A stretch of DNA of 64,000 nucleotides from an uncultured Wocania sp. (lineage in GTDB: Bacteria > Bacteroidota > Bacteroidia > Flavobacteriales > Flavobacteriaceae). The notes beneath the pieces were generated by a model that searched no databases, was not told where the DNA came from, and saw nothing but the letters and a program-made list of their open reading frames with translations. The stretch lies in the NCBI RefSeq assembly GCF_964021735.1, contig NZ_CAXIBN010000001.1, forward strand, positions 5 to 64,004, given 5' to 3'. Below are positions 8,663 to 21,622 of this stretch, piece after piece (within the stretch, counting starts at the first letter, position 1; each line of letters opens with the position of its first letter). Both the position numbers and the translations under genes were made by a program.

Positions 8663-9387
8663 TACATTAAAGTAATTTCTTTAAGATCAAATTTCTTAAC
8701 AATTTCGTCTTCTAAAAGCACTTGAAGTTTACCATATTTGGTAACACCCTTTATAAACCCAGAAAACAAATCACCTTCAGTGTTTTTAAATGTTGAAGGT
8801 TTATTTTTTCTAAATAAATTGGCCTCATATTCATTTTTAACAGCATCATATTCACCTTGCTGCAAAAGTTTGGAATATTCCTTAGTGTGCTTGATAATAC
8901 GATGCAAAATTTCATCTAAATTATAATGTACTCCTGTAATGTTTTTTAAAGACGATGCTTGAGGAAGATTGTTAAACTCCGTCTGATTTACATTAATTCC
9001 AATACCAATAATTGTAGAATTAAGCTTGTTTTTTATGACATTTTCAATCAAAATCCCACAAACCTTCTTATCTACTGACAAAATGTCGTTAGGCCACTTA
9101 ATACTTAAATGAGGGATATTTAAAGTTTTTAAAGTTTTTAAAATCGCCAAAGAAATAGCCATGCTAATATAAAAAGGAAACTCAACCTCATGCAAACGCA
9201 AATCCTTAAACATGCTAAAGATAAGGTTCTTACCCCTATCAGAATCCCAATTCGTACCCATTTGCCCACGACCATTTGTTTGGTATTCTGCAATAACAAC
9301 AGTATAATCGGCAACATCTTCATTACAAATCATTTCTTTTAAAAAAGAATTTGTTGAGTCGATGGCATTAAGTTTGATTATACGCAT
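8659..9387 (-). CDS. birA: biotin--[acetyl-CoA-carboxylase] ligase (no HTH domain)
   Basis: 'QTNGRGQMGTNWDS' (GRGRxGRxW-type), 242 aa. Confidence 0.85.
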   Translation of the reverse strand: MRIIKLNAIDSTNSFLKEMICNEDVADYTVVIAEYQTNGRGQMGTNWDSDRGKNLIFSMFKDLRLHEVEFPFYISMAISLAILKTLKTLNIPHLSIKWPNDILSVDKKVCGILIENVIKNKLNSTIIGIGINVNQTEFNNLPQASSLKNITGVHYNLDEILHRIIKHTKEYSKLLQQGEYDAVKNEYEANLFRKNKPSTFKNTEGDLFSGFIKGVTKYGKLQVLLEDEIVKKFDLKEITLMY

Positions 9388-9453
9388 TTACAAGTTATTT
9401 TAAACCTTTAAAATCTTATGATTATTTTAAAGTATAAAGAACTAAAAAAATAA

Positions 9454-9461
9454 TAACTTTG
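9454..9461 (+). promoter_or_regulatory. -7 box TAACTTTG for rsfS-ftsH
   Basis: TAnnTTTG 19 nt upstream of the ATG at 9481. Confidence 0.45.
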
Positions 9462-9480
9462 CACAAATTAAATAAAATTA

Positions 9481-9852
9481 ATGGCGAAAGAAAAAATAAG
9501 CCCAGATCAATTAATATCTGTTATAATAAGTGGCATTGAAGATGTTAAAGGTAAAGAAATAAATATCCTAGATTTAAGAGATATAGAAAACACAGTTTGC
9601 GACTACTTTATAATTTGCGAAGGTACTTCAAACACACAAGTAAACGCCATAGTAAACTCAATTCAAAAAAAGGTAAGTAAAGAGTTAAAAGATAACCCTT
9701 GGCATACAGAAGGTTTAGATAATGCCGAATGGGTATTAATAGACTATGTTAATATTGTTGTACATGTGTTTCAAAAACATATTCGAGAATATTATGATAT
9801 TGAGAGTCTTTGGGGAGATGCAAAAACAACAGTAATAGAAACTAGCTACTAA
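9481..9852 (+). CDS. rsfS: ribosome silencing factor
   Basis: 123 aa, 'DYFIICEGTSNTQVNAI ... WVLIDYVNIVVHVF'. Confidence 0.9.
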   Translation: MAKEKISPDQLISVIISGIEDVKGKEINILDLRDIENTVCDYFIICEGTSNTQVNAIVNSIQKKVSKELKDNPWHTEGLDNAEWVLIDYVNIVVHVFQKHIREYYDIESLWGDAKTTVIETSY

Positions 9853-9857
9853 AACAC

Positions 9858-11810
<1,953 letters not shown>

Positions 11811-11841
11811 ATTTTAATTAATTTTGTTAAGCTTTTAGTAA

Positions 11842-11881
11842 AAATCTTAAATTAAGCCTATGGTTAATTTAAGATTTTTTA
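11842..11881 (+). terminator. rho-independent terminator after ftsH
   Basis: 14-bp stem aaatcttaaattaa/ttaatttaagattt followed by a T run. Confidence 0.65.
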
Positions 11882-11926
11882 TATTTGATAAACCCCTAAA
11901 AAATTGAGTTAATAGCATCAACCTAA

Positions 11927-12535
11927 ATGAGTCTTTTTAGAAAATTTTTTGGATCAAAGTCTGATAGTTCACAAGAAGAACTAAAATCCAATGATAGAGG
12001 CAAGTATATGCCTGAAATAAAACTACCAATAGACGAAAGGTTTACCATAAACTTTAAAGCTAATGGTGGTAAGTTTCTGTATTGTGAAGACTTAAATGAA
12101 ATCTTCCAAAACTTAGAAAGCATTATTGATGAAAACAAATGGAATGATAAAAAAACTCTTTTATTAGATGAAAATTTAAAAGATAAATTCAAAAATTCTA
12201 ATATTCAAACTACCGCTAGAATTAGCGACTCTACTTTTTTCTTAACCACTTGCGAAAACTTAATTGCTAACGATGGTTCTTTACTAATTTCTTCAAAACA
12301 GATATACGAAAAGAAACTCCCAGAACTTCCTATAAATTTTATTGTTTTTGCTACCACAAGTCAAATTGTAGAAAATATTGGTGAGGGGTTACGTGGTATA
12401 AAATCTAAAAACAGACAAAGAATCCCAACAAATATCACCACCATAAAACACTTTAAATCTAATGATGATAAAGATTTCTTAAGTTATGGTAGTAGTGCAA
12501 AAAACTTATATCTATTACTTTTAGAAGATTTATAA
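11927..12535 (+). CDS. LUD (LutC/YkgG-like) domain protein
   Basis: 202 aa. Weak similarity pattern to lactate-utilisation LUD domains ('LIANDGSLLISS ... FIVFATTSQIV'). Confidence 0.45.
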   Translation: MSLFRKFFGSKSDSSQEELKSNDRGKYMPEIKLPIDERFTINFKANGGKFLYCEDLNEIFQNLESIIDENKWNDKKTLLLDENLKDKFKNSNIQTTARISDSTFFLTTCENLIANDGSLLISSKQIYEKKLPELPINFIVFATTSQIVENIGEGLRGIKSKNRQRIPTNITTIKHFKSNDDKDFLSYGSSAKNLYLLLLEDL

Positions 12536-12539
12536 ATAG

Positions 12540-13361
12540 ATGAAAGAAACCTTAATACGAGCTCTATCTGGTTTGATTTACGTTTTACTATTAATAGCCT
12601 GTTTATTTAACGAGCATGCATTAATCATCCTTTTCTTTGGTTTTGGACTAATCTGTATGGGAGAATTCAAAAAGCTTATTCAACTAAGAAGTATTATTCC
12701 TTATTTTCTTTTTATTTTACTTTATTTAGTTTTTGGCTATTGGCAACTCGTGTTAAACACCAATACAGGTTTAGATGAAGCCACACAAATATTAATGGTA
12801 ATTACCATTTTTGTGGAGTTATTTTTAATAAAAGATTTGTTTTCAGAAAAAACTATTCCGCTGTTTAGTTCTAAACGATTCATCCTTACAACCTTTTATA
12901 TTTCGAGTGCTTTTGTGTTCTTAATATTAATTGCAAATTATCATCATACTTATAATCCAAGTATATTATTAGGATCTTTTATTTTAGTTTGGATAAACGA
13001 TTCGTTCGCTTATTTAGTTGGTAAAAATTTTGGAAAACAAAAATTATTCGAAAAAATTTCACCTAAAAAAACCGTCGAAGGGTTCTTGGGTGGTTTGTTT
13101 TTCTCCTGTATTGCAAGTTATTTTATTGCTACCTTTACAGAAACACTAAACTTTACAAATTGGTTAATTTTAAGTATTATTATTAGTGTATTTGGAACTT
13201 TGGGAGATTTAATTGAATCGAAATTTAAACGTCAAGCCAACGTTAAAGACAGTGGTATTATTATGCCTGGACATGGTGGATTGCTAGATAGGCTAGATAG
13301 TATTATTTTTGCTGCACCATTTATATATTTATTTTTAAGAATTTTACAATATGTTTCATAA
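12540..13361 (+). CDS. cdsA: phosphatidate cytidylyltransferase
   Basis: Signature 'SKFKRQANVKDSGIIMPGHGGLLDRLDS'. Polytopic membrane protein. Confidence 0.88.
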   Translation: MKETLIRALSGLIYVLLLIACLFNEHALIILFFGFGLICMGEFKKLIQLRSIIPYFLFILLYLVFGYWQLVLNTNTGLDEATQILMVITIFVELFLIKDLFSEKTIPLFSSKRFILTTFYISSAFVFLILIANYHHTYNPSILLGSFILVWINDSFAYLVGKNFGKQKLFEKISPKKTVEGFLGGLFFSCIASYFIATFTETLNFTNWLILSIIISVFGTLGDLIESKFKRQANVKDSGIIMPGHGGLLDRLDSIIFAAPFIYLFLRILQYVS

Positions 13362-14007
13362 AGAAGGACATAAAATTATATTTGTAACACTGGTTATAGT
13401 TGTTGCAGCGTTTTTACTAGTTGATAGTTTTATAAATATATCGTGGCTACGAACTCTAGTTTTAATTGTATTTCTAATTTTATTTATATTAATTCTGCAG
13501 TTTTTTAGAAATCCTAAACGACTTACTTCTTTTAACGATAAGCAAGTAGTTTCTCCTGTTGATGGTAAAGTTGTGGTTATTGAAGAGGTTTTCGAAAAGG
13601 AATATTTTAAAGAAAAACGCCTACAAGTAAGTGTATTTATGTCTCCAATAAATGTGCATGTAACACGTTACCCAATCAGTGGAAATGTGATTTTCAGTAA
13701 ATATCACCCAGGTAAATATTTAGTAGCATGGCATCCTAAAGCGAGTGAAGAAAACGAACGAACAACTGTTGTTGTAGAAAATGAAACCTACGGAAAAGTA
13801 CTTTACAGACAAATTGCAGGTGCTTTAGCAAAACGTATTGTTAATTATGCTAAACAAAACGATAAAGCTATTCAAGGTGCAGATTCTGGGTTTATAAAAT
13901 TTGGCTCGAGGGTTGATTTATTTTTACCTTTAAACACTAAAATAAAAGTACAGCTTAACCAAAAAGTAAGGGGTGGCGAAAGTATTATTGCAGAAATTAA
14001 TGAGTAA
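13351..14007 (+). CDS. psd: phosphatidylserine decarboxylase family protein
   Basis: 218 aa with N-terminal TM helices and 'FIKFGSRVDLFLP' (G-S self-cleavage region). Overlaps cdsA by 11 nt. Confidence 0.85.
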   Translation: MFHKEGHKIIFVTLVIVVAAFLLVDSFINISWLRTLVLIVFLILFILILQFFRNPKRLTSFNDKQVVSPVDGKVVVIEEVFEKEYFKEKRLQVSVFMSPINVHVTRYPISGNVIFSKYHPGKYLVAWHPKASEENERTTVVVENETYGKVLYRQIAGALAKRIVNYAKQNDKAIQGADSGFIKFGSRVDLFLPLNTKIKVQLNQKVRGGESIIAEINE

Positions 14008-14266
14008 TAGTGAGTTAGACATAGAGTTTCTTGATGCTGTTAATCGTGTAAATGCGCATACCGATCCTTTTCCTGCCGATACGCTTTTAAAGCTCTACGC
14101 TTACTACAAAAGAGCTACTAATGATTATGGAAAACCACGAAGCAGAAAGCCCATAATTAATGCCTTTAAAACCAATGCTTTATTTCAAACTGAAAACATT
14201 ACCGAAGACGAAGCCAAACAAGAGTATATTAACTTGGTAAACAATTACTTTTTGTATAGAAAGTAA
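14000..14266 (+). CDS. acyl-CoA-binding protein (ACBP)-like
   Basis: 'LLKLYAYYKRATNDYG' and 'EDEAKQEYINLV' follow the ACBP pattern. Start set at MSNSELD (ATG 14000), overlapping psd by 8 nt. Confidence 0.7.
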   Translation: MSNSELDIEFLDAVNRVNAHTDPFPADTLLKLYAYYKRATNDYGKPRSRKPIINAFKTNALFQTENITEDEAKQEYINLVNNYFLYRK

Positions 14267-14279
14267 TGGTATCTTATCT

Positions 14280-15479
14280 TTAATCTTTAAAAATAAACGT
14301 GCTATTTAAGTTAATAATGGCATCATTTTTACTATTCACAATTCTTTTAGAACGCAAATACCTATTTAAATTGTAAGCATCAAAGTTTACAGCATTCTTA
14401 TCAACACTGCCTATTTTTACTTGTCCAGAAGAATGAATAAACTCATTGTTACCAATCCACATACCTACATGAACTACTTTTTCAGCAGTAGAATCGGTTG
14501 CTTTTCTACCAAAAAACAATAAATCACCTGGAGCTAATTGAGAAAAATTCTTTATTTCATCAGTTAATTTACCTGTATGAACTTGCTGTGAAGCATCTCT
14601 TGGAATAACCATTCCGTTTAAAAAATAAACTGTTTTTGTAAATCCACTACAATCAACACCTTTTGTTGATGTCCCTCCCCATAAATAAGGTAGCCCCATT
14701 AATTTTTTTGATGTTGTAATTAATGATTCTGCCGTTGGCTTTGTTTTTTGTAACCAATCTGTATATAACTGTGCTTCTTTTTTGTTAATAAAAGCTATTC
14801 TACCATCTGGATATTTTACCTTGTAAAATCCATTTTCTTCATCTAAAAGAACTAGAATATTACCTGCAACTATATCTGAAATAACTTGAGACTCCTTATT
14901 TGATTTTGAATAAGTGCTTCCTGTAATATTCGTATATATAACTTTAGGTAAAGATTTCCAAGAAGATAAATCGGATGTAGTAATTTCTATAATGCCTCCA
15001 TCGTCAACCCATGCTAAATACTTATCTGGAGTCTGGATTAGTGTCCAACTACCTTCTTTTTTAAGTAAATTAACAGGTGTTCCTAAAAGCGCTTGAGTTG
15101 CTAATTCTGCTGAATGTTTTGGATTGCTTCTTAAATTCGCAACTGAAATGTTAACCAAACCAAATATGTTTCCATTTAATTCTTTTGAAGGCAGCATTTG
15201 AATACTATCAATAAAGTTGATGCTTTTTGCCTTTAATTTATCTTTTAATGCATTTATAGCTTTGGGCAAGTTACTTTCTCCTTTTAACAAATAGCTTTCC
15301 TTTTGTTTTATAGCTTCTACATTAAATAGTGCAACTCGCTTATCTGGAGCGTATTCAGCTTTAACTAGAGATATATCATCACTTAATACATTATCTTCTA
15401 TAGCGTCTTTTTCCTTACAAGAAGTAAAAATTAGTAATACTATAAAAGTATATAGTAGCTTTATAAAAATATTTTTCAT
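14280..15479 (-). CDS. NlpC/P60 (C40) peptidoglycan endopeptidase lipoprotein with SH3-like domains
   Basis: Lipobox 'IFTSC'. Catalytic 'GVDCSGF' and 'HVGMWIG'. Start trimmed to MKNIFIK. Confidence 0.85.
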   Translation of the reverse strand: MKNIFIKLLYTFIVLLIFTSCKEKDAIEDNVLSDDISLVKAEYAPDKRVALFNVEAIKQKESYLLKGESNLPKAINALKDKLKAKSINFIDSIQMLPSKELNGNIFGLVNISVANLRSNPKHSAELATQALLGTPVNLLKKEGSWTLIQTPDKYLAWVDDGGIIEITTSDLSSWKSLPKVIYTNITGSTYSKSNKESQVISDIVAGNILVLLDEENGFYKVKYPDGRIAFINKKEAQLYTDWLQKTKPTAESLITTSKKLMGLPYLWGGTSTKGVDCSGFTKTVYFLNGMVIPRDASQQVHTGKLTDEIKNFSQLAPGDLLFFGRKATDSTAEKVVHVGMWIGNNEFIHSSGQVKIGSVDKNAVNFDAYNLNRYLRSKRIVNSKNDAIINLNSTFIFKD

Positions 15480-15534
15480 AATTAAATTTATTTTATAATG
15501 AAACAAAATTAAAAAACTACAAAAGCCACTTTGT

Positions 15535-18168
15535 TTACTTTAAACTTATTAAACTAGCTTTTAATGTTTCAATCTTTGCCAAAGCATCTGCTTCTTTTTT
15601 CTTTTCGCTTGCTACTACTTGCTCGGGTGCACCTGAAACAAATTTAGCGTTTGAGAGTTTCTTTTGTACCGATTTCAAAAAGCCTTCGGTGTAGTTTAAC
15701 TCTTCTGTTAACTTTTTAACCTCAGCTTCAACATCAATATTTCCTGCCATTGGCACAAAATACTCGTTAGATTTTACTCTAAAAGTTAAAGCACCCTCAA
15801 CTGGTTCAGAAACATAATCAACATTTTCGAGATTACCTAATTTAGCTATAATAGCATCAAAAGTTTTGCCTGAATTTTCATTATTAATTATCGAAAACCC
15901 AATAGCATCTTTAAAGGCAATGTTTTTTTGTTTTCTAATGGTACGAATACCCGAAATAACTTCGGAAGCAAAATCAAACTCAGGAATTAGCGTATTATTC
16001 ACTGTTTTATTTTCTGGCCATTTTGCTACTATTAAAGCTTCATCTGGAGTACGTTCTGTAATATGCTGCCAGATTTCTTCGGTTAAAAATGGCATAAACG
16101 GATGCAGTATTTTTAAATTATTCTCTAAAATGGAAATGGCAGCATTGTAAGTTTTCTTATCAATAGGTTGCTGATATGCTGGTTTTATCATTTCTAAAAA
16201 CCATCCGCAAAAATCGTCATAAATTAACTTATACATACTCATTAGAGCATCACTCAAACGGTATTTACTAAAATGATCTTCAATTTCAGATAAAGCCTTT
16301 TGGAATTTCGCTTCAAACCAATCAATTGCTATTTTAGAAGACTCTGGCTGATTAATCTCTGCTACTTCCCAACCATTAATTAATCTGAAAGCATTCCATG
16401 TTTTATTAGCAAATCCTTTCCCTTGATTACATAAAGCTTCATCAAACATTAAATCGTTTCCAGCGGCAGAGCTCAACAATAACCCAACACGAACACCATC
16501 GGCTCCATAAGTTTCAATGAGTTTTAATGCATCTGGCGAGTTTCCTAAAGATTTACTCATTTTACGACGTTGCTTATCGCGTACCAAACCTGTTAAATAT
16601 ACATTCTCGAAAGGTTTTTCGTTTTTATATTCATAACCAGCAACAATCATTCGCGCTACCCAAAAGAATAAAATATCTGGCCCAGTAACTAAATCGTTGG
16701 TAGGGTAATAGTATTTTATGTCCTCATTTTCAGGGTTTCTAATACCATCAAACACACTCATTGGCCATAACCAAGACGAAAACCAAGTGTCAAGTGCGTC
16801 TGTTTCTTGATGCAAATCATTAGTTGCTAGTTGGGGGTTGTTAGTTTTTTCTCTAGCTTTTTCAAGAGCTTCATCAATAGTTTCAGCTACAACAAAATCT
16901 TCTTTTCCATCGCCATAATAATATGCAGGAATTTGTTGTCCCCAAAGTAATTGACGTGAGATATTCCAATCGCGTACATTTTCCATCCAATGGCGATAGG
17001 TGTTTTCAAACTTTTTAGGGAATAGCTTAATTTCAGGATTTTCATCTAAAACTGCCTTTAAAGCTGGTTTAGCTAATTCTTCCATTTTTAAAAACCATTG
17101 ATCGCTTAAACGGGGCTCAATTACAGCATGTGTACGCTCGCTAGTCCCAACTTTATGGGTAATATCTTCGGTTTTAACCAAAATTCCCATATCGTCTAAT
17201 TCTTTGGCTATATCTTTTCTAGCAACTACTCTATCTTTACCTTCATGGTGCAATCCGTAGCTATTTAACGAAGCATCCTCATTAAGGATATCTATAATTT
17301 CAAGATTATGCCTATCGCCTATTTCTTTATCGTTAACATCGTGAGCAGGTGTTACTTTTAGGCATCCTGTACCAAACTCAATATCAACATAATCGTCTTC
17401 AATAATGGGAATAATTCGATTACAAATTGGCACAATTACCTTTTTACCTTTTAAGCTTGTAAAACGCTCATCATTTGGGTTTATACAAACTGCCGAGTCA
17501 CCTAAAATAGTTTCAGGACGTGTTGTTGCAATAGTTATAAATCCATCTTCGTCTTCAATTTTATACTTTACATAGTACAATTTGTCAGTCCGTTCAACAT
17601 GATTTACTTCTTCGTCTGACAAAGTTGTTTTAGCTTCAGGGTCCCAATTCACCATACGATATCCGCGGTAAATCAAACCTTTTTCATATAAATCAACAAA
17701 AACCTTAATAACAGCTTCACTCATGTCGTCATCCATGGTGAATTTTGTTCTATCCCAATCGCACGAACAACCTAGTTTTTTTAACTGTTCAAGAATAACA
17801 CCACCATATTCGTGCGTCCAATCCCATGCATGCTTTAAAAACTCATCACGAGACAAATCATTTTTATCAATGCCTTGTTCTTTTAATTTAGCAACTACTT
17901 TAGCCTCGGTAGCAATAGATGCGTGATCTGTACCAGGAACCCAACACGCATTTTTTCCTTGTAAACGTGCACGGCGAATTAACACATCCTGAATGGTATT
18001 ATTCAACATATGCCCCATGTGTAATACGCCCGTAACGTTTGGTGGTGGAATTACAATGGTATATGGCTCTCTTTCGTCTGGCTCTGAATGAAAATAATTA
18101 TGTTTCATCCAGTAATCGTACCACTTACCTTCTACCTCTCTTGCATCGTATTTTGATGGAATTTGCAT
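15535..18168 (-). CDS. valS: valine--tRNA ligase
   Basis: 'HMGH' and 'KMSKS' class I motifs with a C-terminal coiled coil. Start trimmed to MQIPSKYD (ATG 18168). Confidence 0.97.
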   Translation of the reverse strand: MQIPSKYDAREVEGKWYDYWMKHNYFHSEPDEREPYTIVIPPPNVTGVLHMGHMLNNTIQDVLIRRARLQGKNACWVPGTDHASIATEAKVVAKLKEQGIDKNDLSRDEFLKHAWDWTHEYGGVILEQLKKLGCSCDWDRTKFTMDDDMSEAVIKVFVDLYEKGLIYRGYRMVNWDPEAKTTLSDEEVNHVERTDKLYYVKYKIEDEDGFITIATTRPETILGDSAVCINPNDERFTSLKGKKVIVPICNRIIPIIEDDYVDIEFGTGCLKVTPAHDVNDKEIGDRHNLEIIDILNEDASLNSYGLHHEGKDRVVARKDIAKELDDMGILVKTEDITHKVGTSERTHAVIEPRLSDQWFLKMEELAKPALKAVLDENPEIKLFPKKFENTYRHWMENVRDWNISRQLLWGQQIPAYYYGDGKEDFVVAETIDEALEKAREKTNNPQLATNDLHQETDALDTWFSSWLWPMSVFDGIRNPENEDIKYYYPTNDLVTGPDILFFWVARMIVAGYEYKNEKPFENVYLTGLVRDKQRRKMSKSLGNSPDALKLIETYGADGVRVGLLLSSAAGNDLMFDEALCNQGKGFANKTWNAFRLINGWEVAEINQPESSKIAIDWFEAKFQKALSEIEDHFSKYRLSDALMSMYKLIYDDFCGWFLEMIKPAYQQPIDKKTYNAAISILENNLKILHPFMPFLTEEIWQHITERTPDEALIVAKWPENKTVNNTLIPEFDFASEVISGIRTIRKQKNIAFKDAIGFSIINNENSGKTFDAIIAKLGNLENVDYVSEPVEGALTFRVKSNEYFVPMAGNIDVEAEVKKLTEELNYTEGFLKSVQKKLSNAKFVSGAPEQVVASEKKKEADALAKIETLKASLISLK

Positions 18169-18491
18169 ACTTTGGAATAGTTTTTGAATATTGATGTGCA
18201 AAAGTACTTATATTTCTTTTTCTATGAAATGAGCATGATGAAAAGTTTACATTTAGTTTGAACTCTTGAAATACGAATTACGTTTGATAATTATATCAAA
18301 TATAAATCATCAGACGATAGTTTTAACTGTGATTGATAAAGATGATTCTTTATTATTTTAATTGCAAATAAAGAAAAGTTGTATGTACTTATAACTAAGT
18401 TGAATATGTTAACATACGTGCATTACATCTAATATTTTTGCAGATTGTAGAAAAAGTAAGTATGTTTGACTTGAATTTAAAATTAAAAGTA

Positions 18492-18917
18492 ATGAAACAA
18501 TTAATTACAATTTTATTTATCGGACTGATTAATTTCTCAGTAAATGCGCAAGACAAAGTAGCGAAAATAGAGTTTAAATCGGATACTATAGATTATGGAA
18601 CTATTGAAAAAGGAGCTGATGGTGTAAGAGTTTTTGAATTTACAAATACTGGTGATGCGCCACTTATAATCTCGAAAGTATCTTCTACTTGTGGTTGTAC
18701 TATACCTAAAAAACCAGAAGGCCCCATTTTACCTGGAAAAACTGGCAAAATAGAAGTGAAATATGACACAAAAAGAGTGATGCCTATAAGAAAAACTATT
18801 ACCGTTATTTCTAATGCTGAAACGCCAACAGTTGCCTTAAAAATAAAAGGACTTGTTGTAGATTCTAGCAAGGATAGTGTCTTAGATAAGAAAAACAAAA
18901 GTGTTATGGAACAATAG
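18492..18917 (+). CDS. DUF1573 domain secreted protein
   Basis: Signal peptide ending 'VNAQ'. 'FEFTNTGDAPLIISKVSSTCGCT' is the DUF1573 hallmark. Confidence 0.8.
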   Translation: MKQLITILFIGLINFSVNAQDKVAKIEFKSDTIDYGTIEKGADGVRVFEFTNTGDAPLIISKVSSTCGCTIPKKPEGPILPGKTGKIEVKYDTKRVMPIRKTITVISNAETPTVALKIKGLVVDSSKDSVLDKKNKSVMEQ

Positions 18918-18940
18918 TACTTTAATAGTCTTAAAAATTA

Positions 18941-18972
18941 AGTCCAAACACCAATAGTGTTTGGACTTTTTT
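18941..18972. terminator. bidirectional terminator (DUF1573 gene / protease gene)
   Basis: Stem agtccaaaca/tgtttggact flanked by A and T runs. Confidence 0.75.
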
Positions 18973-20308
18973 ATTTAAAAAAATCTTCTAGTAAAAATGA
19001 GTAGTTTAAAATAATGCCACCTCTATCTATTCTTAGTTTTATTCTTTTTCCATCACTATCATAAAACATATACATTATTTGCTGTAATGTATATTGATGA
19101 GCTGGTTTTCCGTTAATTGATAAAACAATATCACCATTTTTTAATCCAGCTCTATACGCTGGCGAATCTATCCTAAGTTCTACTATTGCGTAAGCAGGTT
19201 TAAGTGAAAATTTGTAACGTGCATCAAAAACAATTCTTGTTCCGTTTTGATTAGTTTCATTACTCAAATTATTATTACTTGGAACGAAATTTTCTCTTTC
19301 CTTTACAAACCTAACACCATCATGTGCTAATTCTATTCCACTTTTATTATAGCTAAACTTTTCTTGAAAATATCCATTCTTTTTAAAGGTTACTATGGCA
19401 TTTCTATAATCCATTATAATATTGAACCGTTTTAAAATATTACCAGCTAAACTTCCATTACGCCCAGTAAACTTTTTTGCAAAGGAAATAGATGTAGAAT
19501 CTGGATATGCCACATTTGCTTTTTTAAAAACAAAACTTTTTAAATAAAATTCGTCAATTTTAGAACGTTTACCATACACACTCCCGCTTAGTCCATGTCC
19601 CAAAAAATCTTCAAAATATTTATTATTAGACACTATTCCTAAACTATCATCTTCAAATAACCACAACGCATCACTACCGCCAGAATCGATTAATAACTTT
19701 ACAGGAATTAATTTGTTATTTATTCTAACCTTTGTATTTATATAGGGTTTATTGTTGTAAAACTCCAGATTAAATCTTTCACATTTTCTGCACCCTTTAT
19801 ACCGATAACTAATTGGTTCTGTTATTTTTAAATACTTATGAGAATAGTTTATTTCTACAATTAAATCTTTAAAAAAATCGAAACCTAAAATACCGTGAAT
19901 TGGAACGCCTAATCTTGGTGCAAAATTTAAATTAGCATCGTATACTGCATATAAGTCTTGGTTTAACTTAATGGCATTTCCAATTTTAAAAACATTATTT
20001 TTTGACTTTAAAGCCTCGACTGACTCGCCTTCGCCTAAACCTCTTAGAAATATTTTCTTAGTGTCTTTAATTTTCAAAGTATCAGAAACATTTAAAAAAT
20101 TAAAAATAATGGGCTTACTAACACCTGTATCTAATAAAAATGACAACTCTACACCATTAATTTCAACTGGAATAACAATTAAATTATTTATTAATCTAAA
20201 CTTTATTTTATCTGATCTTTTTTTATTTTGGATAACAAACTTTCCTTGTGAGTACGCAAGATTACTCAAACAAAACAACAACAAAATAAGAGCTAAGCCT
20301 TTTTTCAT
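18971..20308 (-). CDS. secreted retropepsin-like aspartyl protease with C-terminal PDZ domain
   Basis: Signal peptide. Two catalytic-type motifs, 'LLDTGVS' and 'LIDSGGS'. PDZ 'GLKNGDIVLSINGKP'. Confidence 0.6.
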   Translation of the reverse strand: MKKGLALILLLFCLSNLAYSQGKFVIQNKKRSDKIKFRLINNLIVIPVEINGVELSFLLDTGVSKPIIFNFLNVSDTLKIKDTKKIFLRGLGEGESVEALKSKNNVFKIGNAIKLNQDLYAVYDANLNFAPRLGVPIHGILGFDFFKDLIVEINYSHKYLKITEPISYRYKGCRKCERFNLEFYNNKPYINTKVRINNKLIPVKLLIDSGGSDALWLFEDDSLGIVSNNKYFEDFLGHGLSGSVYGKRSKIDEFYLKSFVFKKANVAYPDSTSISFAKKFTGRNGSLAGNILKRFNIIMDYRNAIVTFKKNGYFQEKFSYNKSGIELAHDGVRFVKERENFVPSNNNLSNETNQNGTRIVFDARYKFSLKPAYAIVELRIDSPAYRAGLKNGDIVLSINGKPAHQYTLQQIMYMFYDSDGKRIKLRIDRGGIILNYSFLLEDFFK

Positions 20309-20431
20309 ATACACATGCTAAATATTTCTCTTATCAATTTACTAATCTTTATAATAGCTTTCTCATTTATAGCTATTTTTTAAAAAAACTTTAAGATAAT
20401 TTTCTCAACTTTGTACTTTAAATACTTTTAA

Positions 20432-21622
20432 ATGCCAACAATCTCGAAAAAAGGGCAATTAATGCCTCAATCACCTATACGGAAATTAGTTCCATTTGCT
20501 GAACAAGCTGTAAAAAATGGTAAGTCTATTTATTATTTGAACATTGGGCAACCCGATATTAAAACTCCAGAAATTGCTTTACAAGCTGTTAAAAACAGTA
20601 ATATTGATGTTTTGGCTTATTCAAGATCTGAAGGATCGGAGGTTTACAGACAAAAAATTTCGGCTTATTACAGAAAGCATGATATTAATGTTAATCACGA
20701 TGATATTATTGTAACCACTGGAGGAAGTGAAGCCTTATTATTTGCCTTTGGCAGTATTATGGATGTAGATGATGAAATAATTATCCCAGAGCCTTTTTAT
20801 GCCAATTATAATGGGTTTTCAACAGCTTCTGGTGTAAAAGTTGTACCAGTAATTTCTAAAATTGAAGATAATTTTGCATTACCGCCAATTGAGGAATTCG
20901 AAAAACTTATTACTTCAAAAACTAAGGCTATTTTAATTTGTAATCCTGGAAATCCAACAGGATATTTATACTCTAAAGAAGAAATTCAAAAACTTGCTGC
21001 TATTGTTAAAAAACATGATTTATTTTTAATTGCCGACGAAGTTTATCGAGAATTTGCTTACGATGGTAATACACATTATTCTATAATGCAAGAAACTGGT
21101 TTAGATGATTATGCAATAATGATTGATTCGGTTTCTAAACGGTACAGCATGTGTGGTGCCCGAATTGGCTGCTTAGTATCTAAAAATAAAGCGGTTATAC
21201 AAACGGCATTAAAATTTGCTCAAGCACGTTTAAGTCCTCCAACATTAGCACAAATTGCAAGTGAAGCTGCTTTAGAAACACCACAAAGTTATTTTGATGA
21301 TGTTATTGAAGAGTATGTTGAAAGAAGAAACATTGTAATTAGCGAATTACAAAAAATTGATGGTGTTAAAGTAGCAAAACCAAAAGGTGCTTTTTATTGC
21401 ATAGCAGAATTACCTATAAAAAATTCGGATGATTTTGCGCAATGGCTTTTAGAAGGTTTTGATGTTAATGGCGAAACCATTATGGTTGCTCCAGCAGGTG
21501 GATTTTACTCAACTCCGGGTGTTGGTTTAAACCAAATACGTATTGCCTATGTACTAAAAAAAGAAAGCCTAGTTAAAGCCGTAAATATTTTAAAAGAAGC
21601 CTTAAAGGTTTATAAAGACTAG
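20432..21622 (+). CDS. PLP-dependent aminotransferase (class I/II, aspartate aminotransferase-like)
   Basis: 'NPGNPTG' and 'DSVSKRYSMCGARIG' (PLP lysine region). Confidence 0.9.
   Translation: MPTISKKGQLMPQSPIRKLVPFAEQAVKNGKSIYYLNIGQPDIKTPEIALQAVKNSNIDVLAYSRSEGSEVYRQKISAYYRKHDINVNHDDIIVTTGGSEALLFAFGSIMDVDDEIIIPEPFYANYNGFSTASGVKVVPVISKIEDNFALPPIEEFEKLITSKTKAILICNPGNPTGYLYSKEEIQKLAAIVKKHDLFLIADEVYREFAYDGNTHYSIMQETGLDDYAIMIDSVSKRYSMCGARIGCLVSKNKAVIQTALKFAQARLSPPTLAQIASEAALETPQSYFDDVIEEYVERRNIVISELQKIDGVKVAKPKGAFYCIAELPIKNSDDFAQWLLEGFDVNGETIMVAPAGGFYSTPGVGLNQIRIAYVLKKESLVKAVNILKEALKVYKD

Noticed and set aside
18202-18491. 290-nt valS/DUF1573 divergent gap as a possible T-box or other riboswitch
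   Set aside because: I could not recognise a specifier or T-box core, and such leaders are not expected in Bacteroidota. The sequence is plain AT-rich promoter DNA with a TAnnTTTG-type box (TATTTTTG at about 18434-18441).
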